Shown piece after piece: positions 54,138-64,000 of a DNA stretch of 64,000 nucleotides. How positions within the stretch are numbered: the stretch's first letter is position 1; each line of letters begins with the position of its first letter. Origin of the DNA: Candidatus Marinacidobacterales bacterium (GTDB lineage: Bacteria > Acidobacteriota > Vicinamibacteria > Marinacidobacterales > DATDRI01). The stretch is from positions 3,744,001-3,808,000 of the forward strand of contig CBDCNP010000002.1 in assembly GCA_965219415.1 (NCBI GenBank), written 5' to 3'. Below the pieces are notes generated by a model. That model was not told where the DNA came from. It ran no database searches and was given only the letters and a program-made list of their open reading frames with translations. The position numbers and the translations under genes are program-made.

Positions 54138-54955
54138 TGGTATTTCTCCTTTCACTCCAGAACACGAGGCGAGTTGGGTTCTGCTAACCAAGCTTGCATT
54201 GGGCTCAAAGACACGGGATTATCTGCTAAAAGTGCAAGAGCTACGAAAGCGAGCAGCGGCTACGCGTCGAGCATTGACCTGACCGCACGGTTAGTATCAC
54301 ATTGTATCTTAGTAACTAGGTGCCTACAAGGGCTGGTTGAAGCCGGCGGAGTGGAGCGGAGCCGGTTTCAACCAAATCGTTTCCGGCGCCGGCAGTCGGT
54401 AACCCAACGAGCTGTGGGGTCTGAGGTAATTGAACTCTTGCCGCCACCTTTCGATCAATACCTTAGCCTCCTCGCCTGCAATGGTCCGGCCTCGCTGAGG
54501 CCAGACTCAACTAAAACACTCTCCGGAAAATCTGAGGGGTTCACCCTTTTCGTTTGTGATTTCTCCTTTGGGTTCCTCGGTGTTAGCGAATGGCCACAAT
54601 AGTACTCGTTGCCATACTTTGGGCACCGTTATACTGTTTTGCCAGTCCTTTACTTCTTCTTGAAAGCTCTCTTTAAAGTACATGTCTGAAATGCGGCTCA
54701 CCAGTGCTAGCCAACATTTGCTATCCGGATGTGTCTCTTTCCATTCGATGGCCTTTGGCGTCTTCTTCTCTATTGCGTCCACGATTGCTCTCTGCACCTC
54801 TACTCCGGGTATGCATCCTTCGTAGCTCATTTCGATACCTATTCGTGGCACTTGTGTTTGCTACTCTGTTTTGGCCCATATTGATCGTCTGATTTGGCCC
54901 ACCCGTATCGAACCGTTAGTCTTCCCGGGGCGAAGTCCCGGGAAGGAGGTGTCGG

Positions 54956-56509
54956 TTGGAAAGGGGTGCCAAAGTGCGACTGTTCGAGCAGATGAGGCGA
55001 GAGTACGAACGCGGAGTTGGAACGATTCAAGGAGTTGCAACGAAGTACGGTGTTCACCGACGAATGGTGCGACAGGCCCTGGAGAAGGCTGTGCCACGGG
55101 AGCGTAAATGTCCAGAACGGGCGTCACCGAAACTGGGTCCAGTGGTCGAGTTCATCGACGGGATTCTGGAAGGAGACAAGCGAGCCCCGCGCAAACAGCG
55201 TCACACGGCTCATCGAATCTGGAGTCGTGTGATTGAGGAGTATCCGGGACATGAGATAGCGGAACCAACGATACGTCGCTACGTAGGTCGTCGGAGGCGA
55301 GAGCTGGGGTTGAAGGACGCCGAAGTGTTCGTGCCCCAGAGTTACGAGTGGGGCGGTGAAGGCCAAGTGGACTGGTACGAGGCTCACTCACGGATCGGAG
55401 GGCGAGAGCAGAAGGTCTACGTGCTGGTGGTTCGGAGCATGGCAAGCGGAGGGGCGTTGCATCGAGGGTATCCGCGTCCGACGCAGCAAGCGTTTTTCGA
55501 AGCGCACGAGAAGGCGTTCGAGTTTTTCGGCGGGGTGTTCCACCGGCTGCGTTACGACAACCTATCGCTGGCGGTGAGGAAGATCCTTCGGGGTCACCAA
55601 CGTGAGCAAACAGAACGGTTCATCATGTTTCGCTCGCATTGGAGTTTTGAGTCGGAATTTTGCAATCCGAGCCGTGGAAACGAGAAAGGCGGTGTGGAAA
55701 GCGAGGTCGGCTACTTCCGCCGCAATCACTGGACGCCGGTCCCTGAGTTCACGGATTGGGAAGAGCTGAACGACTACCTGCTGACGTGTTGCCGCAAGGA
55801 GGAGAAACGTCACATCTCCGGCAAAGCACATACGGTTGGTGTTGGGATGGAGTACGAACGCGAGCACCTGTTGCCACTGGCGACGCAGGGTTTCGAGCTC
55901 GAAGAAAGACGAATCGGTCTGGTGGATAAGAAGGGTTGCGTCCGTGCGGGCACGAACTGGTACTCGACGCCGCTCAAGCGCGGCCAACGTGCGGTGGCCA
56001 AGCTGATGCCGCTTGAAGTTGAGGTCTGGCACGAGGGACGCCGGGTGGCGCGTCACGAACGCTGCTACGACCGCATGAAACAAGTACTAGATCTTGAACA
56101 CTACTTGGACGTCCTCGAGCGCAAACCCGGAGCCTTAGCCGGGTCGACGCCTCTGGCGCAGTGGCGCGAGCAAGGACGGTGGCCAGCGAGCTACGATGAA
56201 GTGTGGAAGCGATTGAATCGTCGTCACGGCAAGCAAGAAGGCACGCGTCAGATGATCGAACTCGTGCAGCTTGGACGCCGACACGGTTACGACCAGCTAA
56301 GAGATACGTTGCGTGTGGCGCTTGAGATCGGCTGTATCGATGCAGACGCGATTCGGCACCTTGTCGAGTCTCCATCGCTTTCGCGCGCGGCATCGTCAGA
56401 GCTAGTCCAATCTCAACTCGGTGAGCTGGCGCGCTACGAACGTCCTCTACCTCACGTGGGTCACTACGACCGACTCGTGGATGAGCAGGCACACGAGGTA
56501 AGTCGATGA
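54956..56509 (+). CDS. istA: IS21 transposase IstA
   Basis: [24 protein letters not shown]. Confidence 0.92.
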   Translation: MERGAKVRLFEQMRREYERGVGTIQGVATKYGVHRRMVRQALEKAVPRERKCPERASPKLGPVVEFIDGILEGDKRAPRKQRHTAHRIWSRVIEEYPGHEIAEPTIRRYVGRRRRELGLKDAEVFVPQSYEWGGEGQVDWYEAHSRIGGREQKVYVLVVRSMASGGALHRGYPRPTQQAFFEAHEKAFEFFGGVFHRLRYDNLSLAVRKILRGHQREQTERFIMFRSHWSFESEFCNPSRGNEKGGVESEVGYFRRNHWTPVPEFTDWEELNDYLLTCCRKEEKRHISGKAHTVGVGMEYEREHLLPLATQGFELEERRIGLVDKKGCVRAGTNWYSTPLKRGQRAVAKLMPLEVEVWHEGRRVARHERCYDRMKQVLDLEHYLDVLERKPGALAGSTPLAQWREQGRWPASYDEVWKRLNRRHGKQEGTRQMIELVQLGRRHGYDQLRDTLRVALEIGCIDADAIRHLVESPSLSRAASSELVQSQLGELARYERPLPHVGHYDRLVDEQAHEVSR

Positions 56510-57277
56510 GACAACCCGTCGAGATTCAGACGATCCAGCAGCATTGCAAGACGCTTCGGATGCCAACGGTGTCAGCTCAGTTCCACAAGCTCGCAGAACA
56601 AGCTAGCCGCGAAAAACAAACCCACGTGGGTTATCTGGAGGTTCTGCTCAGCTCTGAAGTCGAAGAGCGAGAACACCGAACGGTTCAGAGACGGCTGAAG
56701 GAAGCACAGCTGCCGAGAGCGAAGACGCTCGACGAGTTCGACTTCTCGCTGTCACCGAAGCTGTCCGCTCAGCGAATCCGCCAACTCACTGAGGGTAGAT
56801 ACCTCGAGCGGGCAGAGCCGGTGATTTTTTCTCGGCGATGCCGGCACTGGCAAAACCCATCTCGCCACCGCGCTGTGTGTAGAGGCCTGCCAGCAGCGTC
56901 GTCGAGTGCGGTTCACGACCGCGTCGAGGCTCGTCAACGAACTCGTCGAGGCCAAGGAGGAGCTCCAGCTTTCTAAGGCTATTCGCAAGCACGCCCGCTT
57001 CGAACTGCTGTGCATCGACGAACTCGGCTACGTACCGCTCGCCGAGGTCGGTGCCGAACTGTTGTTTCAGGTCGTCTCCGAACGATGTGAGCGCGCCGCG
57101 ACCGTCATCACCACTAACTTGCCGTTCTCGGAATGGACGCAAGTGTTCACAAACGCCCGGCTGTGCAAAGCGCTACTGGACCGGCTCACCGACCAGGCTC
57201 ACATCCTCGAAACCGGTACCGAGTCCTATCGCTTCCGTCGCTCGCTCAAAACCCGGAAAAAGACGGCAACATCATGA
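56506..57277 (+). CDS. istB: IS21 helper ATPase IstB (frameshift in T6 run ~56825)
   Basis: KTLDEFDF; [32 protein letters not shown]. Confidence 0.9.
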
Positions 57278-58120
57278 CAGAACACGCTTTGCTCCGGTTT
57301 CACTCGAGGCGGCCTTCACTTAGCTCCGGCCGCAACAGAGGAAAGGGGCACTTATTACTTCTCTTCGTGTGTAATCAATAACTTAGGGTGGGCCAAATGA
57401 AATGATCAAAGTGGGCCAGACCGGGTGGACAAAAACAGGCACTAGCCCTCGTTCTGACTGCGTCTGATGCTGAACCTGCACTAGACCTAGTCGTACTCCA
57501 CACTCCAGGTCTATAAACGGCTTCTCGTAAATCGGCTGACCTGGTTCAGCGTACCGTGCAAGCGCTCTTCTTGCCTGGCGGACCAAAACCCGTTTCGACG
57601 GTGCCTCTTGAAGATTGTATTCGACGACGATGTGGCATCTGCCGTAGCTGGTATGAAATGGTATTCCTTTTCCTTCTAACATTCCCTCTAAGATTTGATG
57701 AACCCTCTTTTCTAGTGTGTCCGTTGATGTCGTGCCATCCGGTCCAAGTGTCTTGAGTGCTGTTACTTCTACTGCTAGGTCTTTCCCTACTCTGAAGTCG
57801 GGGAAGTGGTTTCGGTCTCGCTGCACATCCTCATAGTGTTTGCGGAGCCAGTTCTCAACCCGTGTTTCGCACCATTCTGATTCTGTGCCCATCTTTCTTG
57901 TTGCTGTCTCTCTGCACGGCTTTCATGTTGCCGGTAGCCGCCGTTCCTTGAGTTTGATGAACAGTTGCGCCTAGTTCCCGGCTCAGAGGGCTAGGTAGAT
58001 TCCGAGTAGGGATATATCATGTCTCCATGACCAGATTCCGGGTTTCGGTTACGGTCCTGTGTATGATCACGCACTAGGAATGCCGCCCGAAGGCGTCACC
58101 ACCAGCCGCACCTTGGGGTC

Positions 58121-58789
58121 GTGGTGAAAAGCTGGTGGGATCTGGGCGATTGGAGCGGGTATCGCGGCAACGAGCTTGCTCTTCACGAGGTTAACTGCCC
58201 CTTCTGCCACGAACGCGGAAACTTCTCTTTCGCCCACCGCGCCGACAAGAAAAAGCCCAACGCATCGAGGGTCTTGCACTTCGACACTCTCAAGTGTGGA
58301 ACCTGCGCGGGATACGTGATGGTGCTTTGGTCCACGAACAATTTCGGTGGAATGCACGACTTTCGTGTTCTGCCTTGGCCGCTTCGCCGCCAAAAGGCCC
58401 CGGAACACTGGCCCGACTCGGTAGGCCGATTCTGGCTCCAAGCTCATCGAAGCTACGCGGACGAGAACTGGGATGCTGCGGCTGTCATGGCCCGGAGTGC
58501 TGTTCAAGCGGCGCTGAGAGCACACGATGCCCAAGGCCGGAACCTCAAGGAGGAGATCGATGATTTAGCTGAACGTGGACTCCTGCCCCCTCACATGAAA
58601 GACTGGGCACACGAGTTACGAGAACTCGGCAACGAGTCCGCTCATCCAATCGCCGAAGGGAACAAGCCATCACGAGGTGATGTACAGGATATTATTGAAT
58701 TCCTGGATTTCTTGTTCCAATATCTCTACAACCTTCCGCACGAAATCAGGCAGTATCGCAAACGGCGTGCTAACGAGACTACTAACTAA
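58121..58789 (+). CDS. DUF4145 (HEPN-like) protein with N-terminal Zn ribbon
   Basis: CPFC..CGTC; AAAVMAR; LKEEIDDL; RELGNESAH (Rx4-6H). Confidence 0.8.
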   Translation: MVKSWWDLGDWSGYRGNELALHEVNCPFCHERGNFSFAHRADKKKPNASRVLHFDTLKCGTCAGYVMVLWSTNNFGGMHDFRVLPWPLRRQKAPEHWPDSVGRFWLQAHRSYADENWDAAAVMARSAVQAALRAHDAQGRNLKEEIDDLAERGLLPPHMKDWAHELRELGNESAHPIAEGNKPSRGDVQDIIEFLDFLFQYLYNLPHEIRQYRKRRANETTN

Positions 58790-58855
58790 CGTGGTCTTGC
58801 CCGTCGTGTCCAAAAACACAAACGCTGTGCCTTCTATTTCATTCATCCGCGGGCA

Positions 58856-60287
58856 CCCGTCCTGTGCCAAAATTCGGCCCTTTTGAAATAGGCCATAAAT
58901 CAGCAGCTTAGTGTCTGTGTTTGCGCCGGGGCCAAGGGCCGTAGGCTTTACAATCGTCTAGCCCGAGGGTGTTATCTTCAGCTCCATGATGACGTACCAC
59001 GTGCAATTCCTACTGCTCGTTCTAGCTGGCTGGGTCAACCGCCAGCAGCAGGATGTGATCGACTACCAGCAAGAGGAGAACCGTGTGCTCCGAGCCGGGC
59101 TTCGGGGCAAGCGTCTCAGTCTCTCGGACGACGACCGGCGCAGGCTCGCCGTCAAGGCCCAGGCTTTGGGCCGCGAGGCGCTGGCCCAGATTGCGTCCGT
59201 TGCCACACCCGCTACGCTTGTGCGCTGGTACCGCCACCTCATCGCAGCCAAGTACGATGGCAGCAAGAACCGGAGCCCAGGCCGACCTCCGACGGCGAAG
59301 GACATCCGTGAGCTCATTGTGCGCGTGGCGCGGGAGAACCCGACGTGGGGATATACGCGCCTGCGAGGCGCACTCAAGAACCTCGGACATGAACTCGGAC
59401 GCAACACCATCAAGAGGCTCCTCGCCGAGCACGGTATCGCTCCTGCGCCGGAGCGGGGCAGGAGCATGTCGTGGAGCACCTTCATCAAGGCTCATTGGGG
59501 TGCCATCGCTGCGACAGACCTGTTCCCCGTCGAGGTGGTGAACCCGTTCGGGCTCGTCCGCTACCATGTCCTGTTTGTCATCGATATCGCCACTCGCTGC
59601 GTGTGCATCGGTGGGATAACGTCGGACCCCAACGGGGAGTGGATGAAGCAGGTGGCAAGAAACCTCACGGACATGTGGGATGGTTTCCTCCTTGGCAAGC
59701 GATACCTCATCCACGACCGGGACCCGCTATTCACCGAGGCGGTACGTGGGCTGTTGAGAGATTCAGGCGTGAAGCCCCTTCGCCTTCCCGCTAATAGTCC
59801 GAATCTGAACGCATATGCGGAAAGATTCGTTCTCTCCATACGTGGAGAGTGTCTCGACCGCTTCGTACCTCTCAGTGAGCGACACCTGCGCACAGCGGTA
59901 AGCGAATACGTCGTGCACTATCACACAGAACGGAACCACCAAGGTCTCGGCAACGAGCTCCTCACACCTCTGCCGGCAAGCGCGAATGACGCTGGCCCCA
60001 TCGTGTCGCGAGAGCGACTTGGGGGCATTCTCAACTACTACTGCCGTGCCGCGTAGATTGTCGCCGGCGACGGTAGCCACTCGGCGGGCTCGACAGGCGT
60101 AGCGTGGAAACCGCTTCAGGAACACGCTTCGATATTCGCTCTCGACTAGGAGGTCATCTGCATGGTGACGACCCGCCTGCCCAAGACGATTGTAAAGCCC
60201 ATGGCCCTTGGCCCGGTCGCAAACACAGACACTAAGTTGCTGATTTATGGCCTATTTCAAAAGGGCCGAGTTTTGGCACAGGACGGG
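58856..60287 (+). mobile_element. Apparently intact rve-integrase element with ~100-bp terminal inverted repeats
   Basis: 58856-58958 is a near-identical reverse complement of ~60185-60287; each end has IHF-like AATCAGCA[G/A]CTTA. Confidence 0.85.
58986..60056 (+). CDS. Integrase core domain (rve) DDE transposase
   Basis: [39 protein letters not shown]. Confidence 0.9.
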   Translation: MMTYHVQFLLLVLAGWVNRQQQDVIDYQQEENRVLRAGLRGKRLSLSDDDRRRLAVKAQALGREALAQIASVATPATLVRWYRHLIAAKYDGSKNRSPGRPPTAKDIRELIVRVARENPTWGYTRLRGALKNLGHELGRNTIKRLLAEHGIAPAPERGRSMSWSTFIKAHWGAIAATDLFPVEVVNPFGLVRYHVLFVIDIATRCVCIGGITSDPNGEWMKQVARNLTDMWDGFLLGKRYLIHDRDPLFTEAVRGLLRDSGVKPLRLPANSPNLNAYAERFVLSIRGECLDRFVPLSERHLRTAVSEYVVHYHTERNHQGLGNELLTPLPASANDAGPIVSRERLGGILNYYCRAA

Positions 60288-60486
60288 GAACAACGCGTTC
60301 TTTCTGAATCACGTTATTGCGTCGGTGGCCCGGCAGCGACAGAGTGCAGAACCTCCACCGAGGCGAACACGAGTTCGCAGGACCTCAACTCCCATGGCTG
60401 TCTGCCCGTCAATACGCGATCTTCTTTTTTGCGGATCACACCTTGGCCTAGCACTAGAAACGCGCGTTTGATAAGCTCGCAACACT

Positions 60487-61103
60487 TTGACGGAGAGACG
60501 AACCGACACACTGATCGTCCTGATGCTGCTAGCATCCGGAGGGGCTTGCAGCGACTTACGGAGAGAGCGCGCTGTTTCCCTTCTCGCTCCTTCTCAGCCT
60601 TCCAGGGAAGTGGAGTTGGAAGGAAAGTCCCGAACAGCGTTGGACGGCTCAAGGTGGGTGTCCCCGCTAAAGGTACCGCCGAACGCAGTGCTCCAGTTCT
60701 CGATGGCTGTATTAGGCACACCCAGTGCCGGTCTGCCCGAGACAGAGTTTCTGATCGAGATCGAAGTCGATGACAAGCGGAGCCGCGCGTTTCGCGAGAC
60801 CCTTGCTGCACAGGAGGGGAATCGTTGGAACGACCGCATGGTTGATCTCACTCCGTGGGAGGGGAGAGCGGTTTCGTTGATATTCACGGCGCAGCCTGTG
60901 CTGGACGCCTCGGGCGCGGTGCATCGGCAATCACTGGCTCCGGTTTGGGGCGACCCGGTTCTTGCGAACGCCCGGTTGGGGCAATCGGTCGAACTCTTCA
61001 ATGATTGGCATCGCCGACCCCGCCGGACGTACTCAGTAGGCGATACGAAATTCAGCCACGACCGCGGCTTCTATGAGACCCCTTTCGAAGTGACCCTCAC
61101 TAC
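60487..61103 (+). pseudogene. Chimeric secreted-protein fragments
   Basis: Signal/lipobox-like start, W.DRMVDLTPW..WGDP beta-sandwich segment, then DTKFSHDRGFY..PFEVTLTT; cut by an element end at ~61105. Confidence 0.4.
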
Positions 61104-61195
61104 CGCCTGTGCATCGTCAAAACTGCTCCGCCCACGAAATCAAGGACTTACGCTCCGCTTGAATTCCGGGCCGAAGACGGCGAAACTCCGCCGCT

Positions 61196-62245
61196 ATGCT
61201 CGACGTTGTTGTCTTCCTCGTCTCACTTGGCGTCCGTGCCATTCGGGTGATGTGTCGGCACCGCGCCGACCTGGTGTTGGAGAACGTTGCTTTGTGGCAG
61301 CAAGTGACGGCGCTGAAGAAAGAGCGCCCACGCCCACCGCTCGACGACACGGAACGGGCTTTCTGGGTTGCCCTTCGAGGTTCGTGGCCCGTGTGGGCGA
61401 GCCGCCTGCTCATCGTCCACGCGGACACCGTGGCCCGTTGGCATCGCGACCGATTCCGACGGTACTGGGCAAAGATCTCGCAGCGCCGCCATCCCGGTCG
61501 GCCTCGGATTGATGCCGAGATTCGCCGCCTCGTCCGCACGATGGCGCAAGACGGCTGGGGGGCGCCACGCATCCATGCTGAGCTCACCAAGCTCGGTTTC
61601 ATCATCTCCGAGAGCACGGTGTCGCGATACCTGCCGCGGCGTCCCGCGGAGCCCGACCAGCTGAAGCGATGGATGGCTTTCTTGCACAACCATAAAGACG
61701 ATATCGCCGCCATGGATCTGTTCACCGTGCCCACCGCGTCGCTCCGGCTGCTGTATGGCTTCTTCGTCATCGAGCACGGTCGTCGGCACATCGTTCACTT
61801 CAACGCCACGTTCCACCCGACGTCTGCTTGGGTTATTCAGCAACTGCGTGAGGCGTTTCCCTACGACACCGCTCCGAGACATCTCATCTTCGATCGCGAC
61901 TTCATCTTTAGCGCTGCGGTCATCGAGTTCATCAAGGCAACGGGCACAAAACCCGTTCGCACTTCGTTTCGCAGCCCATGGCAAAACGGAACCGCGGAGC
62001 GGTGGGTCGGCAGCTGCCGTCGCGAGCTCCTTGAGCACGTCGTGGTTCTCGGCGCATGTCATCTCATCCGGCTCGTGCGAGCTTACATCAGCTACTATCA
62101 CGAGGACCGTTGCCACTTGGGGCTGAACAAGGACACACCGAGCTTGAGAGCGGTCACGCACCGACCGTCTCCTACGGCGAAAGTCGTCGCACTGCCGCGA
62201 GTCGGTGGACTGCACCACCGATACGAGTGGCGAGAGGCAGCCTGA
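61196..62245 (+). CDS. Integrase core domain (rve) transposase, second family
   Basis: LENVAL, WGAPRIH, AAMDLF, IFDRD, PWQNGTAERWV, GGLHHRY; upstream end CTGTGCATCGTCAAAA with IHF consensus at 61138-61150. Confidence 0.9.
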   Translation: MLDVVVFLVSLGVRAIRVMCRHRADLVLENVALWQQVTALKKERPRPPLDDTERAFWVALRGSWPVWASRLLIVHADTVARWHRDRFRRYWAKISQRRHPGRPRIDAEIRRLVRTMAQDGWGAPRIHAELTKLGFIISESTVSRYLPRRPAEPDQLKRWMAFLHNHKDDIAAMDLFTVPTASLRLLYGFFVIEHGRRHIVHFNATFHPTSAWVIQQLREAFPYDTAPRHLIFDRDFIFSAAVIEFIKATGTKPVRTSFRSPWQNGTAERWVGSCRRELLEHVVVLGACHLIRLVRAYISYYHEDRCHLGLNKDTPSLRAVTHRPSPTAKVVALPRVGGLHHRYEWREAA

Positions 62246-62432
62246 GTCAGCTTGGTCGCTCGCGTTACTCGGCTGGTCGCCGAGAAGTTCGTCCTCAGCA
62301 CCTTCCCTCGCGCGCTGACCACGCTCTCCAGCATGTGCTCAAGGGCAGTCCGGGCCTGGAGTCCAGTCCCGGACTAGTAATAATGATGGACACGGGACCA
62401 TGCCTGCATGATTTCGTCGTTTGTTCGCGCTC

Positions 62433-62517
62433 GGCCCTGGGCACGGCCGCAAACACAGACTCTAAGTTGCTGATTTATGGGCTATTTCAAAAGGGCTGAG
62501 TTTTGGCACAGGACGGG
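62433..62517. repeat. Solo right-end copy of the 100-bp TIR
   Basis: GCAAACACAGACTCTAAGTTGCTGATTTATGGGCTATTTCAAAAGGGCTGAGTTTTGGCACAGGACGGG. Confidence 0.85.
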
Positions 62518-62692
62518 AAATTGGGTCAGGGCTTCATTCGGTTTCCCGTTAACGCTAGTCGCCAAGGGGCAAGCCCAGGGCCAACTACGACGACGAAGAC
62601 GCGGGAGGTGAACAAACCATAAGCACTATTTTGTGTATCCTTTGTGTACCAAAAGCACCTCTCTTCCGAGCATTGCCGTAAGTCATTGAAAA

Positions 62693-62769
62693 TGGCGCGC
62701 CCTGGGCGATTCGAACACCCGACCTACTGATTCGTAGTCAGTCACTCTATCCAGCTGAGCTAAGGGCGC
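62693..62769 (-). tRNA. tRNA-Arg(ACG)
   Basis: GCGCCCTTAGCTCAGCTGGATAGAG...CTACGAA...GTTCGAATC...GGGCGCGCCA; 77 nt cloverleaf. Confidence 0.95.
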
Positions 62770-62783
62770 GCCCTAGACACCGA

Positions 62784-62812
62784 ATGCTAACAAAGGTTTC
62801 GCGGGTGATCAA
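62784..62812 (-). promoter_or_regulatory. Putative sigma70 promoter of tRNA-Arg
   Basis: TTGATC-17 nt-TAGCAT with TG extension. Confidence 0.5.
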
Positions 62813-63680
62813 ATCCCCACCGACGGCTCGCTCATTCCATCGGTTAGATAGGCGTGCGCCATGTGGGGTGTGTTGAAGGCAAATCCCAGGCTTCCGTCGG
62901 GTGCAGTAATGATGATGCCGCCTCGTCCCTCGGTACGCATCTCGAGGAAACCGACGGCTTGGCGGGCTGCTTCCGGGGCGGGAACTCCGGAGCCCAAAAA
63001 CTCTACGGCTCTCCGTGCCATCAACACGCGGATAATCCCTTCACCCCATCCCGTCGAGGTCGCTGCACCGAGCCGATCATCCGCATAGAGACCGGAGCCG
63101 ACGAGCGGGGAGTCTCCCACCCGACCGGGAAGCTTCAGGAGCGATCCCCCGGTGGAGCTTGCCGCGGCCACATGCCCTTGCGAGTCTCGCGCCACCGCCC
63201 CCACGGTGTCGCCCGGCCCGAAGCTAATCGGATACTCATTTTGCCTCTGCTGTTTACTATGTTCTTTAGCCTTTTCCCAACGCGCGCGTTCACGTTCGAC
63301 GATTAGAGATGACGGCGCGCAGGTGGAAATTCCCTGAGAACGAGCGAACTCGACGGCGCCTGACCCGACGAGGAAGACGTGAGGCGAACGATCCATGACG
63401 CGTCTTGCCAATTCCAAGGGATGCACGATGCCTTGCACTGCCGCGACTGCTCCGACCCCGAGGGTGGCTCCTTCCATGATCGCGGCGTCGAGCTCTACTT
63501 CTCCAACCTGGTTCAAAACCGCGCCGTGATCGGCATTGAACGCAGTGTCATCCTCCATGAGTCGGACCGCTTCCCCCACCGGCGAATCGGTTTCGAAGTG
63601 CTCGGTGGTGGCGGCTCTTCGGTGGATGGATCCCGGTTTCGAACGAGAAAAGACGTGTCATCGAGAATAGCTATCGTCAT
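62809..63680 (-). pseudogene. Isoaspartyl peptidase/L-asparaginase (Ntn hydrolase) with rearranged 5' end
   Basis: ELDAAIM, GDTVGAVA, STGG, GRVGDSP, TGWGE; HGGAG region missing, internal piece inverted. Confidence 0.8.
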
Positions 63681-63737
63681 GCCCTTCAAGGGTCCCGGCG
63701 CAAGCCGCTCCGTCGGCGGCGTCAGAAAAAAGGGATG

Positions 63738-63812
63738 TGGTAGCGCTACGGGGAATCGAACCCCGGTTTGATGGCTGAGAACCACCCGTCCTAACCCCTA
63801 GACGATAGCGCC
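63738..63812 (-). tRNA. tRNA-Glu(CTC)
   Basis: GGCGCTATCGTCTAGGGGTTAGGAC...TTCTCAG...GGTTCGATTCCCCGTAGCGCTACCA; 75 nt. Confidence 0.95.
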
Positions 63813-63844
63813 ACCAAGAAGGCTCGGATGAGCCAAGCGAGGGC

Positions 63845-63873
63845 AGGCTAGCATAGGGAGCAGACACTGTCAA
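63845..63873 (-). promoter_or_regulatory. Putative sigma70 promoter of tRNA-Glu
   Basis: TTGACA-17 nt-TAGCCT with TG extension. Confidence 0.6.
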
Positions 63874-64000
63874 AGTAAGCGCATACGCAAGGTCTAGGTT
63901 GGTGAGGCCCCGGACCTATGCTAAAATAGCTTGTAAATCCTGACAATTAGTGGTTTTTTCCGTCCTCACCAGGCGGTTTTCGAGCGAGAAAACCGGCAAT

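Larger units (their letters stand above)
54853..57437 (+). mobile_element. Complete IS21-family element
   Basis: TGT...ACA ends with repeated TGGCCCA boxes; 6-bp TSD GGCACT at 54847-54852 and 57438-57443. Confidence 0.93.
54507..57892 (-). pseudogene. PD-(D/E)xK-nuclease-like gene (~265 aa) interrupted by IS21
   Basis: 57892..57438 and 54852..54507 join in frame (GLVP|RIGIE) once the IS is removed; E...FPDF...AVEVT. Confidence 0.7.

Noticed and set aside
54325-54475. Possible IS remnant
   Set aside because: Short, with no matching terminus or transposase motif I can support
56815-56835. Programmed frameshift in istB
   Set aside because: An extra T in a homopolymer before Walker A; not an established IS21 feature and similar to the other indels
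1-64000. CRISPR array, cas genes, rRNA or retron
   Set aside because: No regularly spaced repeat-spacer array, cas-like ORF, rRNA-like sequence or reverse transcriptase seen by eye

Overview
GC-rich bacterial chromosomal window; an ADOP-type duplicated orphan permease and the gene style suggest Acidobacteriota (inference). 1-7.8 kb: probable operon of a spermidine-dehydrogenase-like flavoprotein, a QrcABCD/ACIII-like quinone-linked complex and a dimethylglycine-dehydrogenase-like enzyme. 7.9-13.4 kb: IS cluster, including an IS256 with an 8-bp TSD that splits a lipoprotein gene. 13.8-32.6 kb: methylated amine/sulfonium catabolism and THF-C1 cluster (SpdH-like, 2 SSS symporters, IclR, MetF, Ccr, acyl-CoA ligase, DUF1326/DUF2182, sarcosine-oxidase-like, Rieske oxygenase, DmdA-like, Fhs, GcvT-like). 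32.6-35.8 kb: inverted/scrambled gene fragments. 35.8-51 kb: peptidase, transport and signalling genes. 51.4-62.7 kb: IS-riddled, defence-like accessory region ending at tRNA-Arg, with a PtuA-like ATPase carrying a histone-H1-like tail, PD-(D/E)xK-like genes (one split by IS21), DUF4145 and a family of rve-integrase elements with ~100-bp TIRs and MITE derivatives. Many single-base frameshifts, often in homopolymers, and several chimeric junctions mean assembly artefacts must be excluded. All calls come from motif recognition by eye; no searches were run.
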